Origin: a virus
Taxonomy: Duplodnaviria > Caudoviricetes
Virus record (IMG/VR): IMGVR_UViG_3300017909_000129
Coordinates: 1-24,094 of that record
Strand: one strand, 5' to 3'
Length of the DNA: 24,094 nt
Shown here: piece after piece, positions 9,683 to 17,164 of the stretch
How the letters are laid out: every line of letters starts with the position of its first letter
How positions within the stretch are numbered: the stretch's first letter is position 1
Notes under the pieces: generated by a model
Told to the model about the DNA's origin: nothing
The model's input: only the letters and a program-made list of their open reading frames with translations
Database searches by the model: none
Made by a program: the position numbers and the translations under genes

Positions 9683-10224
9683 TTAATCTGGGTACCTTTC
9701 CATTAAATCTTGTAGTTCATCTTTCATAAGTGGTGTATCTTTTTCTACTGTATTTGCCTCTACATAACCTTCAATCGCTAAATATAACTCTGGTAAACCC
9801 ATATCCCAAAATTCTTTTGGTGGTATGCCAAGAACACCTATTGCAACCTCTATGTATCTTGACCATGGGATACTAGGCTCATTTGTGTCTCTTCTGACTT
9901 TTTTTCATTTTCTCTTTGACCTCCTTGTAAAACATTTGCAAGAAGTTCTCCACAAACTCGCATACCTTCAGATATGCCAGATTCATAGATAATATGATTG
10001 ACTTTATTTTCTTCAATATTATTTCCACCACCTTTAAGTGCAGAATGGATAATAAAACCCATTTCTGTAAGCGATAGATGACCTTCTGATAACTTGGTTG
10101 TCAGTTGTACAATACTTTGCCCTAATGAAGTTTCAACTCTTATCAGAGAATCAACTGTCATTCTCGTCTTGTACTTCTGATTTCCTAGCTTTACTTCCAG
10201 TTCCCCTCTGAATGGATTTGTCAT
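9683..10224 (-). CDS. Tail assembly chaperone, long -1 frameshift product (gpGT-like, about 180 aa)
   Basis: In-frame slippery heptamer A AAA AAG at 9904..9898. The -1 frame is closed by TGA just upstream and then reads 71 codons (VRRDTNEPSIPWSRYIEVAIGVLGIPPKEFWDMGLPELYLAIEGYVEANTVEKDTPLMKDELQDLMERYPD) to TAA at 9685..9683, abutting the tape-measure ATG. Confidence 0.88.
9850..10224 (-). CDS. Tail assembly chaperone, short form (gpG-like / GTA-gp10-like, 124 aa)
   Basis: MTNPFRGE start typical of GTA-gp10-like chaperones; SD GGAG upstream; lies between tail tube and tape measure. Confidence 0.85.
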   Translation of the reverse strand: MTNPFRGELEVKLGNQKYKTRMTVDSLIRVETSLGQSIVQLTTKLSEGHLSLTEMGFIIHSALKGGGNNIEENKVNHIIYESGISEGMRVCGELLANVLQGGQRENEKKSEETQMSLVSHGQDT

Positions 10225-10432
10225 TTAATATCTCCAGTTGTAATGTTTCATTTCTTCCACCAATATCTGTAAATTTATTGATAGTCATTTTCTTTCCATT
10301 AACAGAGATATTATCCCCAACAGAGATACCTTCAATAAAGGGCATTTCTATCATAGTTTTATCGTCACTCCTATTAATGGAACACTTCATTGTAGCATCT
10401 GCTATAACGATTTCTGTATTTTCCCAAGCCAT
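10151..10432 (-). CDS. Hypothetical protein between tail tube and chaperone (93 aa)
   Basis: Starts 8 nt after the tail tube stop, on the operon strand; the last 74 nt overlap the chaperone gene. Confidence 0.6.
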   Translation of the reverse strand: MAWENTEIVIADATMKCSINRSDDKTMIEMPFIEGISVGDNISVNGKKMTINKFTDIGGRNETLQLEILNDKSIQRGTGSKARKSEVQDENDS

Positions 10433-10440
10433 TATCTAAC

Positions 10441-10857
10441 CTATACTGTTGCTATGGTTAAATCACCTGCACTTTCAAATGTAAATGAATATGTAACTTC
10501 TCCATTATACTCACCTGCATATTCAAGTGTGGTTAATTGAAATGCACCAGTTATAGTAATTAAGTCTGGAACTAGAAACTGATAGTTGGCATTTGATGAT
10601 GCATGCCACTTTCCGTATAAAGTTGTTTCTGATGCTGAATCTGTAAAAACTCCAGACCCTGACACTGTTCCACTCTTAATACCACCTTGAGCAAGTAATT
10701 CTCTTGCATTATTGGTACTATCTTTATTTGTGATATCAACTGTTTCATCATTTAACGTAATGTTAGTTGATCTCATTCCACCTATTGTTGTAAAGGTTTC
10801 TGGTGATGCACCATCTCCTATCTTCATCAATAAGGCTCGTCCTTTTTGTGCTGCCAT
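10441..10857 (-). CDS. Major tail tube protein, TP901-1 / GTA type (138 aa)
   Basis: MAAQKGRALLMKIG, TIGGMR, ETVDITNKDS, RELL..GG, SGSGVF, G.FQ...LEYAGEYNGEVTY...FESAG; SD AAGGAG. Confidence 0.93.
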   Translation of the reverse strand: MAAQKGRALLMKIGDGASPETFTTIGGMRSTNITLNDETVDITNKDSTNNARELLAQGGIKSGTVSGSGVFTDSASETTLYGKWHASSNANYQFLVPDLITITGAFQLTTLEYAGEYNGEVTYSFTFESAGDLTIATV

Positions 10858-10869
10858 ATTATTCTCCTT

Positions 10870-11271
10870 TTAGCTATCAGTTACAAAGGCTCTAAATCGC
10901 ATAACCCCATGTCTTGTTATGCCGTCATCTTCTAAAATATCAGTTGTAAATTCACATCTGCAATCTACAAATGATGCCCCAGACACAGATAGGGAACTCT
11001 CATGAAGAAGTCTGTATATTTCTTTTTGTATATTTTTTATTTCTTTCATTCCTCTATAAGCACTATAAACATCTACGTTAAAAACATAATCTCTGCCATC
11101 TAAAGTTTTACTTCCATTATCAGAAGTTGTTTGTGGACCTATAACGACAATTGGAAGACTTGTATCATCTGGTACTGAATCAAAAACTCCAGTAATAAGA
11201 TTGTTTAATGTTACATCTCCATTTAATGTACTGTATATCCTTTCCTGTAATGCAAAACTATGTAAACTCAT
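10870..11271 (-). CDS. Tail terminator / tail completion protein (DUF3168-like, 133 aa)
   Basis: ALQ..IY..L..D, VFD.VP, P.VVIG, DG.TRHGVMRFRA motifs; immediately upstream of the tail tube. Confidence 0.85.
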   Translation of the reverse strand: MSLHSFALQERIYSTLNGDVTLNNLITGVFDSVPDDTSLPIVVIGPQTTSDNGSKTLDGRDYVFNVDVYSAYRGMKEIKNIQKEIYRLLHESSLSVSGASFVDCRCEFTTDILEDDGITRHGVMRFRAFVTDS

Positions 11272-11276
11272 AATTT

Positions 11277-11305
11277 AATATACCATTTTTTAATTAAAAT
11301 CTGAA
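11277..11305 (-). promoter_or_regulatory. Candidate sigma70-type promoter giving a leaderless mRNA for the tail terminator gene
   Basis: Minus strand: TTCAGA-17 nt-TATATT with extended -10 TG, then 5 nt (AAATT) to ATG 11271; no SD in the 43-nt intergenic gap. Confidence 0.5.
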
Positions 11306-11314
11306 ATTCTATTT

Positions 11315-12070
11315 TTATTGTGAAGCATATTCTTCATCCATATAAACAATAACAAAATCACCAGATACACCATCTGTACTTGAGGAAGTTTTCGCTCTAA
11401 GCTCTATATCACTCTTTTCTGTAGCGACTATTGGCATTGATAAATCCACAAATACGTTTGTATTAGCAAAAGTTGTTATATATTTTGTTGCAAAAACACC
11501 ACCAAATTCTCTTATTGCCATTCTACCAGTAACAAATTTATTTAATGTAGAACTACCAGTTGATAATTGTAAATTATATATATAAGCAGTATGATTTCTT
11601 GGAACTGTCCATAATGCCATTAATGTTTGATTGTCGCCAATAGTAATTGTTGCATATTTATTTGCTGGGACTCCTGCAGTTACAGTACCAGTTCCTGCAT
11701 AAATAACTCCTGCGTTTTGCTCACCAGTTCCTGCAGTTTTAACAATAATACGATTAATTCTTATATATTCATTAGTCGTATTGACTGCTGTTTGTCCATT
11801 TAAGGTAACTGTTTCTGATATCTCGTCATAGTTACTATCTAAACCACTTAATAAAACTGTTCTTGCTCCAGTTCCTGCTGACGCATCATTTGTATTAGAA
11901 CTTGAAACTTTTAAAATACTTGCTGATGATAAATAGGAATAAATACCACCTTGTGACCATATTGTTTCTTCATCCGTACCTACAGTTGGATTATAGCCAA
12001 ATTTAAATAAGCCTTTTTCTTGAACTAGGCTTCTTCTTATTTGCCAACCGTATTTGGAATCAATCGTCAT
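11315..12070 (-). CDS. Uncharacterised Thr/Ser/Gly-rich putative virion protein (251 aa)
   Basis: KFGYN...ETIW...SSS..D..AGTGARTV...GLD.NY.EI.ETV.LNG pattern; beta-rich composition; coupled (ATGA) to the upstream ORF. Confidence 0.55.
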   Translation of the reverse strand: MTIDSKYGWQIRRSLVQEKGLFKFGYNPTVGTDEETIWSQGGIYSYLSSASILKVSSSNTNDASAGTGARTVLLSGLDSNYDEISETVTLNGQTAVNTTNEYIRINRIIVKTAGTGEQNAGVIYAGTGTVTAGVPANKYATITIGDNQTLMALWTVPRNHTAYIYNLQLSTGSSTLNKFVTGRMAIREFGGVFATKYITTFANTNVFVDLSMPIVATEKSDIELRAKTSSSTDGVSGDFVIVYMDEEYASQ

Positions 12071-12561
12071 TTTTTAGCCTTTAAAGGATGTCCTTCTGGC
12101 AATAAATCTCTATCAAATTTACCTTTTCTGTATTTTCCAGTTCTAACTGCAAAAAGAAAAGCATTTACACGAGCAATCGCCCATTGTTCTGGACCCATAA
12201 CTGTTCTTCTTACACTTTCTGGATTGGTTCTATAAGCACCAATGCCTCTATTAAATACTTTTTCAAGCATAGAACGAGTGACTCTTTTTCCTTTTTTATC
12301 ACCATGCTTTTCATTATGTTCTTTTACTTTATTATTTATTGTTTCTTGCATTCTTGCAGAAAGTTTCTTTTCTTCTTTTTGATTGGTTACTCTTAGATAA
12401 ACACCATGTGTCTCACAGGGCATATAATAATTTCGCTCTGGACCTTTTATAGTATGATGCCCAGAACAACCTAATTTATCTGCTCTTGCTCTTGCTTGTG
12501 ATACTGACGTAAAAACATCTCGCCCCTCCCCAAATCCTGGGTCTTGCTCCATTTCATTCAC
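12067..12561 (-). CDS. Two-module hypothetical protein (DUF3721-like Cys/His module plus basic helical module); start uncertain
   Basis: N-module FT...QA..RA..LGC.G.H......YMPC..H; C-module L..VFNRGIGAY.T.P...R.....QWA.ARVNAF. GTG start without a clear SD. Confidence 0.6.
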   Translation of the reverse strand: MNEMEQDPGFGEGRDVFTSVSQARARADKLGCSGHHTIKGPERNYYMPCETHGVYLRVTNQKEEKKLSARMQETINNKVKEHNEKHGDKKGKRVTRSMLEKVFNRGIGAYRTNPESVRRTVMGPEQWAIARVNAFLFAVRTGKYRKGKFDRDLLPEGHPLKAKK

Positions 12562-12596
12562 AATTCTTCTGAGCGTACCAACTAATTCTTTCTACA

Positions 12597-13034
12597 TTAA
12601 ATGCCGTCCTTTACGTCTTTACTAAACATATTTTTATATTTTTTTTTTCCTTGCTCTAATGCAGGCTGTAAAAAAGGTCTTGCTTGCATATGTCGTGTAC
12701 CAAATTCTAAAGCCTCTGAATATTTGGCTCTACTTTCTACTGAAGCACCTAATTGATCTGCATCTACAATAAGATGTATATTACTAGATAAAAATCCAGT
12801 ATCACTTGCAGGTGGATCGCCTTCCTTAGATATTCTTATTGTTCTTTTTGGATTATATCGTGTAACAGTATCACCTGCTCTTGGATTCTGATTTATACTT
12901 GTTATTGCTACGTTTCTTACCTCATTCGCAGAAACTCTTACTGTTTTTTTAAGATTTGAAAGTACGTTCTTAATTTTTAAATCAATCTTACCTTCAAATT
13001 CATTTTTATTAACAACTTTAAATTTAAGTGTCAT
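12597..13034 (-). CDS. HK97 gp10-like neck/tail-component protein (145 aa)
   Basis: S..G.PPASDTG.L..NI, Y...LEFGT..M.ARPFLQPALE motifs. Confidence 0.9.
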   Translation of the reverse strand: MTLKFKVVNKNEFEGKIDLKIKNVLSNLKKTVRVSANEVRNVAITSINQNPRAGDTVTRYNPKRTIRISKEGDPPASDTGFLSSNIHLIVDADQLGASVESRAKYSEALEFGTRHMQARPFLQPALEQGKKKYKNMFSKDVKDGI

Positions 13035-13392
13035 CTACTGCTCCTTCTGAACACTTAAATATAAGAAATCTATCTCGTTCACCTACATCAATTACAGACT
13101 TTACTGATAAAAACCTTGTAACACCACTATCTGACCAAGATATTCTCATTTTACCCCCACCAGATTTAAAATTTATATTTGAATAATATCTTGTATAAAC
13201 TTCATGTGTAATTGGATTTTCAAGTCTGCCTGCCTCAAAGTTTTCGTTTCCTAACTTTGGTACAACTTTAGCCATTAATGTTCGTCTGTCATTGAATGAT
13301 GAGGTATAACCTCCTCCAGTATCTGTAGAGGTTCCTCTGGTTTGTAGTGTTACAGAGTGTCTTAAATCGCCTATATATGGATATTTAGCCAT
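13024..13392 (-). CDS. Head closure / head-tail joining protein (SPP1 gp16-like, 122 aa)
   Basis: IGDLRH.VTLQ, D.GGG, THEV.TRY, MRI, V..VID..ER..FL...C.E; position after the adaptor. Confidence 0.85.
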   Translation of the reverse strand: MAKYPYIGDLRHSVTLQTRGTSTDTGGGYTSSFNDRRTLMAKVVPKLGNENFEAGRLENPITHEVYTRYYSNINFKSGGGKMRISWSDSGVTRFLSVKSVIDVGERDRFLIFKCSEGAVDDT

Positions 13393-14054
13393 TAGCCTAA
13401 GCCTATTCCAAACCTCATATTTCTAAAAGGTTTCCATAACGAATTTACAAGAGTTGGAATTGTGGTTACACTTTCTCCTCTTATTGTCATTTCTGGATTT
13501 TCAAAATAATGTGATGCTAAAACTATTATGCCTTGCTTTATAGCTGATGGTACATCACTGGCACTTGAACCATATCCTGCAACATAGGTAATTTCTATTG
13601 CATTTGCTACCCTAAGCATATCATCCCAAGTTTCTCCAGTTCTGAGAACAACTCGCCCATAATCACTAGCAGTATCTACATAATAACGACTAGATGCCAT
13701 TGTGGTTTCTGTATCGCTATCATCAAATGTTTTTACACTAGATACACTTACCAAAGGACTAAATGGCAAAGATACACTTCTCTGTCTATATTCCAAAAAG
13801 GGACCAGTAGTAATACCTTCTTTATTTGGAAGTATGGAATCAGAATAAGGTATATTATCAAGTGAAAGTTTTAAAGTTCTATTTATTAGGGATTTTTGTA
13901 AGTATTCTTTTGCCACACTTATTGATGCATCTTTACAGACACCAATTTGTGTATCGTGAGTGGTATCATCACTTGCTATTCTTAAATTTGCTTTTACTTG
14001 TGCCGTGGTTACTACATCAGTTGTTTCTGCAGTAACTACTGTGATACCAGCCAT
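13392..14054 (-). CDS. Head-tail adaptor/connector (HK97 gp6 / GTA g6-like, 220 aa)
   Basis: VK.NLRI..DD, LP.SPL.SV.SV, I.ITY.AGYG.....VP.AIKQ.I..L..HYFEN motifs. Confidence 0.88.
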   Translation of the reverse strand: MAGITVVTAETTDVVTTAQVKANLRIASDDTTHDTQIGVCKDASISVAKEYLQKSLINRTLKLSLDNIPYSDSILPNKEGITTGPFLEYRQRSVSLPFSPLVSVSSVKTFDDSDTETTMASSRYYVDTASDYGRVVLRTGETWDDMLRVANAIEITYVAGYGSSASDVPSAIKQGIIVLASHYFENPEMTIRGESVTTIPTLVNSLWKPFRNMRFGIGLG

Positions 14055-14061
14055 TTTTCAC

Positions 14062-14376
14062 CTACTTACTTTTTTTTATAGTCTTTGTAGGTGCTTTTCC
14101 ACCTTCCCATGCTTCATTTACATCTTTTGTAGCAGGGTTATCAGCTTTTAAAGTACCATCTGTATTTCTTGCTCTTTTTATTTCTGTTGGGGAATCAACT
14201 TTAGTTTCTTTTCCACCACCAATTTCTTCTGCCCAACCTTCATTAATAAATACTTTCGCAATATTTACTTGCCATAATTCATTCATCTCGTAGATTTCAC
14301 CTTGAACATAATCCATACCAATATTTCCAAGAGCATTTGAACTTGCATGGGTTGTTCTTGACATTTTTATTCTCAT
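14062..14376 (-). CDS. Hypothetical head-associated protein (104 aa)
   Basis: SD AAGGAG; short beta N-domain (G.IY.......A..FI..GWAE) then RARN.DG...ADNP.T.DVNEAW and a Lys-rich tail; lies between decoration and adaptor genes. Confidence 0.6.
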   Translation of the reverse strand: MRIKMSRTTHASSNALGNIGMDYVQGEIYEMNELWQVNIAKVFINEGWAEEIGGGKETKVDSPTEIKRARNTDGTLKADNPATKDVNEAWEGGKAPTKTIKKSK

Positions 14377-14391
14377 TAGAAACTCCTTAGA

Positions 14392-14423
14392 AAGTATGCC
14401 CTCAAATTAATGAGGGCATATTT
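14392..14423 (-). terminator. Intrinsic terminator/attenuator after the capsid and decoration genes
   Basis: Perfect 10-bp stem TATGCCCTCA (14395-14404) / TGAGGGCATA (14411-14420), 6-nt loop, followed on the minus strand by a short CTTTCT tract; usual position separating high-copy from low-copy virion genes. Confidence 0.75.
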
Positions 14424-14427
14424 AAGA

Positions 14428-14889
14428 TTAACCAGTTGAAGAACCGTTATCAGAACCACTTGCAGGTCTATGAGTTGGCATAGTAATACCAACAACCCCT
14501 ATAGGTGTTCCGTTTGTGTGAGTTCCTGTCTTGGTGCAAGCAATTCTTGCATATCTCTTAGGTCCTACATAACCTATTGGATAAGAAGCATCATCCTCTG
14601 CTGCAGCATCAATAGTCGCATATATGCCACTACTATCTACATCAGCAAAAGTAACAAACTTATTATCTGTTACTGCAGAGAAAGAAGAATTATCATCACT
14701 ATCTTGTAGGATTAAATCCCACTTAACAGAAGATGATAATGTATCTCCACTTTCACCAACTAATACATTAAACATAGCACCGTTTGTATTGGCAGTATCT
14801 AGTCCACTTGTATTTGTTGTAGCAGTTAAGGTTGCAGGGTCTAACACTTGTGTCATTGCTAGATTATTAGCTAAATCTTTTGTCGCCAT
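14428..14889 (-). CDS. Capsid decoration/cement-like protein (153 aa)
   Basis: Directly after the major capsid gene and before the terminator; LQDSDD..SF..V and IGYVG.KRY.R motifs seen in jelly-roll decoration proteins; SD AAGGGAG. Confidence 0.65.
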   Translation of the reverse strand: MATKDLANNLAMTQVLDPATLTATTNTSGLDTANTNGAMFNVLVGESGDTLSSSVKWDLILQDSDDNSSFSAVTDNKFVTFADVDSSGIYATIDAAAEDDASYPIGYVGPKRYARIACTKTGTHTNGTPIGVVGITMPTHRPASGSDNGSSTG

Positions 14890-14903
14890 ATTCTAATCTC
14901 CCT

Positions 14904-16127
14904 TTAAGCTGATACAGTTTGAGTTCTAATCGCTTCAGCAATTATTACTTGTCCACCCAATCTCTTTCTTGCTACATAACGGATTGTTCCGCTTGTTGCT
15001 TGAGTGAATGGGTCTCTAAGAATTGCTAAATTGATTCTGTCTACAATCATATAACCTCTGTTAAAATCACCAAAGGCTACTGGCTTGTTTCCTGCTCCTA
15101 CATCTGGCATATCTGTTGCCTCAATGTAAGGTTGTCCAAGAATAGTGTTTGGTACACCAACTTGTAAGCTAAATCCTGCTTGGAAAACATAAGAACCATT
15201 TGTGTCTTGTAATTGTCTTATCTTACCAAGAGTTGATCTATTGAAAACAAATACACCATTTCTGGCATACTCAGTCTTAATTGCAGAATAAAGGTCAATT
15301 AAACCATTAGCTGTTAATGCAGATGCCGCACCTGAGTTTGTAGTTGCAACATTTGAATTTGACATAAAGCCTTCTGGTCTGCCTGCACCACTTCCGTTAA
15401 CAAAAGCAGTTCCTTCAGCTACTGCAAATTGCATTGCAAATTCTGCTGAAAGTTCTGATTCCATATTGAAAGCTGAGTCCTCAACATCTTGCTCTGTAAT
15501 ATCAACAAGTGCATATAACTCATGTGCAGTAATTTCTTCCATTCCATAAGTTAAACCAGTTGTCTCTGACCTTGTGCCAGTTTCTGAAACAAATGCTGCA
15601 GAAAAAACACCAGTTCTTGTTGGTACTTGAACACTTCTGTTTGATGTTGTTCTTACTCTAGCAATAGTACGAATAGGTGACATTTCTGTAACCTTTTTCT
15701 GAATCTCAGCAACGTACTCTGGTGGAGCAAGATATCCACCACCAGTATCATTAGATACTGTGAGAACCTTATGTTCCATTTCATCTAAAGACTCCTTACC
15801 TTTTCTGAGGTATTTGTCATAGGCTTTTAATTTGAAATCAATTTCTTTTGTCTCAAATCCTGCCTCTGGTCTTTTGATTTCAGTTTCAATTTTGTCCATT
15901 CTGTCATTTAACTTCTTGGACTCCATCATCTCTTTAGTGAACTTTTGGTTCACATCCTCAAGTGCATCTAACTTTGACTCAATCTTAGATAACTTATCAT
16001 CTGTAATTGGGTCTGAAGCACCTTTGGACTCTAGTTGCTCAAGACGTTCATTATTAGCATTTTTGAAATCTTCAAATGTTGTTCCAAAATCCTCAATGAC
16101 ACCTTTAAGCTCTTGTAAATCAGCCAT
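14904..16127 (-). CDS. Major capsid protein, HK97 fold, with N-terminal delta (scaffold) domain (407 aa)
   Basis: About 120-aa coiled-coil N-terminus, GGYLAP.E, SPIR.IA, E..AFVNG.G...PEG, ILG.P.....DMPD, AFGDF.RGY.IVDR, RDPFT, KR.GG; strong SD AAGGAGG. Confidence 0.97.
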   Translation of the reverse strand: MADLQELKGVIEDFGTTFEDFKNANNERLEQLESKGASDPITDDKLSKIESKLDALEDVNQKFTKEMMESKKLNDRMDKIETEIKRPEAGFETKEIDFKLKAYDKYLRKGKESLDEMEHKVLTVSNDTGGGYLAPPEYVAEIQKKVTEMSPIRTIARVRTTSNRSVQVPTRTGVFSAAFVSETGTRSETTGLTYGMEEITAHELYALVDITEQDVEDSAFNMESELSAEFAMQFAVAEGTAFVNGSGAGRPEGFMSNSNVATTNSGAASALTANGLIDLYSAIKTEYARNGVFVFNRSTLGKIRQLQDTNGSYVFQAGFSLQVGVPNTILGQPYIEATDMPDVGAGNKPVAFGDFNRGYMIVDRINLAILRDPFTQATSGTIRYVARKRLGGQVIIAEAIRTQTVSA

Positions 16128-16139
16128 GCTGACCTCCTT

Positions 16140-17012
16140 TTACTTGTTAGGTTTAAATTTAGCCATTAAACCTTTCATTGATTCAATAGCTTCGCTTACA
16201 TCAAGGTCATCTCCAACATCTCGTTGTTTTGAGATTATATCCATTATGCCTTTGGCACAAACCTTACTTAATGAACGGCTCAACCCACAGTCCTCACGAA
16301 AATGAGTTTCCCAGTCACGAATAGTCCTTGTAAAGGCATCTTTTACTTGCTGAACCCTAGCCTTTGGGTTCATTGGAAAAGTTACAAGGCTAATTTCCAT
16401 CAAATCCACTTCTTTTAGCATTCTTCTTCTACGTCTTTCGTCATAGCTTTGCTTTTGTGGATCTGCTTTATATCCGATTGATAATCCATCTAATGCACCC
16501 ATTTTTAGTAGTTCGTATGCTTCCCTACCTTGCTGAGTGCCTAAAGCGAGTTTACCTTTTACTCTTAAACCATCGCCATCTTCTTTAATACTTTCAAAAA
16601 CTCCAATTGGCATATCTTGCTTGTGTTGCCATAATAATTTTATACCTTTAGCCTTTTTAACTCTAAGACTTTTGCTAAATGCACCATCTTCAACTACATC
16701 ATTTCCTAAATCTTTATTTCCAAAGATAGAACCATATCCTTCAAATTTTCCATAAGGCTTTTTATCATCATCATCGTCATCATCATGATATGCTTTTATT
16801 TCACAATTTGGTAAATATATATTGCCAGTATATATATCGTCTTTGGTTAATTCTTCAGTATTCATCTCTGCTCCCTTTCCACTAAATAAATTGGAGCATA
16901 CAGCAAACCTTTGTTTGGCATCTGGATATTCAGAACGACTTTTATCGTCAGACATACATCTTGACATAAAATCTTGTCTGCTCTCGTTAGCATTTGGTTT
17001 TACTAAAGGCAT
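16140..17012 (-). CDS. Prohead protease (HK97 gp4 / peptidase S78-like) with N-terminal extension (290 aa)
   Basis: FEGYGSIFG..D...D.V..GAF, LLWQH (His), GLSIGY (Ser), EISLVTFPMNP; preceded by a two-Cys module and an Asp7 linker; second SD+ATG at codon 50. Confidence 0.95.
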   Translation of the reverse strand: MPLVKPNANESRQDFMSRCMSDDKSRSEYPDAKQRFAVCSNLFSGKGAEMNTEELTKDDIYTGNIYLPNCEIKAYHDDDDDDDKKPYGKFEGYGSIFGNKDLGNDVVEDGAFSKSLRVKKAKGIKLLWQHKQDMPIGVFESIKEDGDGLRVKGKLALGTQQGREAYELLKMGALDGLSIGYKADPQKQSYDERRRRRMLKEVDLMEISLVTFPMNPKARVQQVKDAFTRTIRDWETHFREDCGLSRSLSKVCAKGIMDIISKQRDVGDDLDVSEAIESMKGLMAKFKPNK

Positions 17013-17017
17013 TCCTT

Positions 17018-17046
17018 ATAATATATGCTAATTTATTTTATGTAAA
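17018..17046 (-). promoter_or_regulatory. Candidate sigma70-type promoter giving a leaderless mRNA for the protease-capsid operon
   Basis: Minus strand: TTTACA (17046-17041)-17 nt-TATTAT (17023-17018)-AAGGA-ATG (17012). Confidence 0.6.
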
Positions 17047-17099
17047 TAGAAAAAGACGACAAAAAATATGGTTTTGACCATAAAAAACTCTTTTAAGTA

Positions 17100-17129
17100 G
17101 TTTACTTCTTCATTTAGATAGTATATAAT
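17100..17129 (+). promoter_or_regulatory. Strong sigma70-type (early-like) promoter of the plus-strand cassette
   Basis: G-TTTACT (17101-17106)-17 nt-TATAAT (17124-17129, perfect -10); A-tracts upstream; SD GGAG at 17154-17157 before ATG 17165. Confidence 0.8.
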
Positions 17130-17164
17130 GAAAGTATAAATATATTTTTAAACGGAGAAACAAA

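Noticed and set aside
9879-9924. GGAGG plus ATG at 9908 as an independent start for the chaperone extension
   Set aside because: That ATG is in the +1 frame and gives only a 9-codon peptide; the extension is in the -1 frame.
12639-12648. A10 run (GGA AAA AAA AAA) near the end of the gp10-like gene as a frameshift fusing it to the 164-aa ORF
   Set aside because: The -1 frame hits TAA within two codons and the +1 frame stops at TAA before the next gene, so no fusion results.
16764-16784. (GAT)n tract as a functional microsatellite
   Set aside because: It is in-frame, interrupted by GAC and simply encodes an Asp7 linker.
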